Shown: piece after piece, positions 63,671-63,698 of the stretch
Numbering within the stretch: the first letter of the stretch is position 1
Layout: each line of letters begins with the position of its first letter
Assembly (NCBI GenBank): GCA_013416795.1
Contig: RQSC01000854.1
Span: 27,597 to 91,294, forward strand
DNA: 63,698 bases
Direction: 5' to 3'
DNA from: Prasinococcaceae sp. CCMP 1430
Taxonomy: Eukaryota; Plantae; Prasinodermophyta
Made by a program: the position numbers and the translations under genes
The notes under the pieces: model-generated
Database searches by the model: none
What the model was told of the DNA's origin: nothing
What the model saw: only the letters and a program-made list of their open reading frames with translations

Positions 63671-63698
63671 CTGCCGGGGCCCCCCCGGCGCTGGGGTG

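Noticed and set aside
1-63698. Hundreds of overlapping Arg/Ala/Pro-rich ORFs and long antisense ORFs
   Set aside because: Expected from very high GC and few stop codons; many start at GTG/TTG, which does not apply to a nuclear genome.
1-63698. Prokaryotic or operon interpretation; bacterial contamination for SepF, OmpA-like and diiron genes
   Set aside because: Spliceosomal introns interrupt conserved motifs, including in SepF, and the neighbours are eukaryote-specific genes with similar composition.

Overview
Nuclear DNA of a very GC-rich, gene-dense eukaryote, not a prokaryote. GT-AG introns of roughly 90-200 nt (recurrent GCTGAC branch point) interrupt conserved protein motifs. Plastid-type genes (FtsHi, SVR1-like pseudouridine synthase, cyanobacterial-type SepF, stand-alone CNX1E) point to a prasinophyte-grade green alga (inference). 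About 30 genes or gene fragments can be supported; most of the supplied ORF track is shadow ORFs caused by high GC. Highlights: (1) an intron-containing, nuclear, cyanobacterial-type SepF; (2) about 4 kb from it, an F-box fused to an OmpA-like peptidoglycan-binding fold; (3) a heme-oxygenase-like diiron enzyme with extreme codon bias; (4) a >3,000-aa filamin/invasin-repeat, SEA-like, multi-TM adhesion-receptor-like protein; (5) a Kir channel-ankyrin fusion; (6) a PRMT7/9-like enzyme with reversed domain order; (7) a RING-less RAD5-like helicase with an N-terminal Cys/His domain; (8) a translin with TRAX-type catalytic residues. The assembly is draft quality: two N gaps, three single Ns, a 19-bp duplication frameshift and two truncated-gene junctions. 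All family calls come from motif recognition by eye; no database searches were run.
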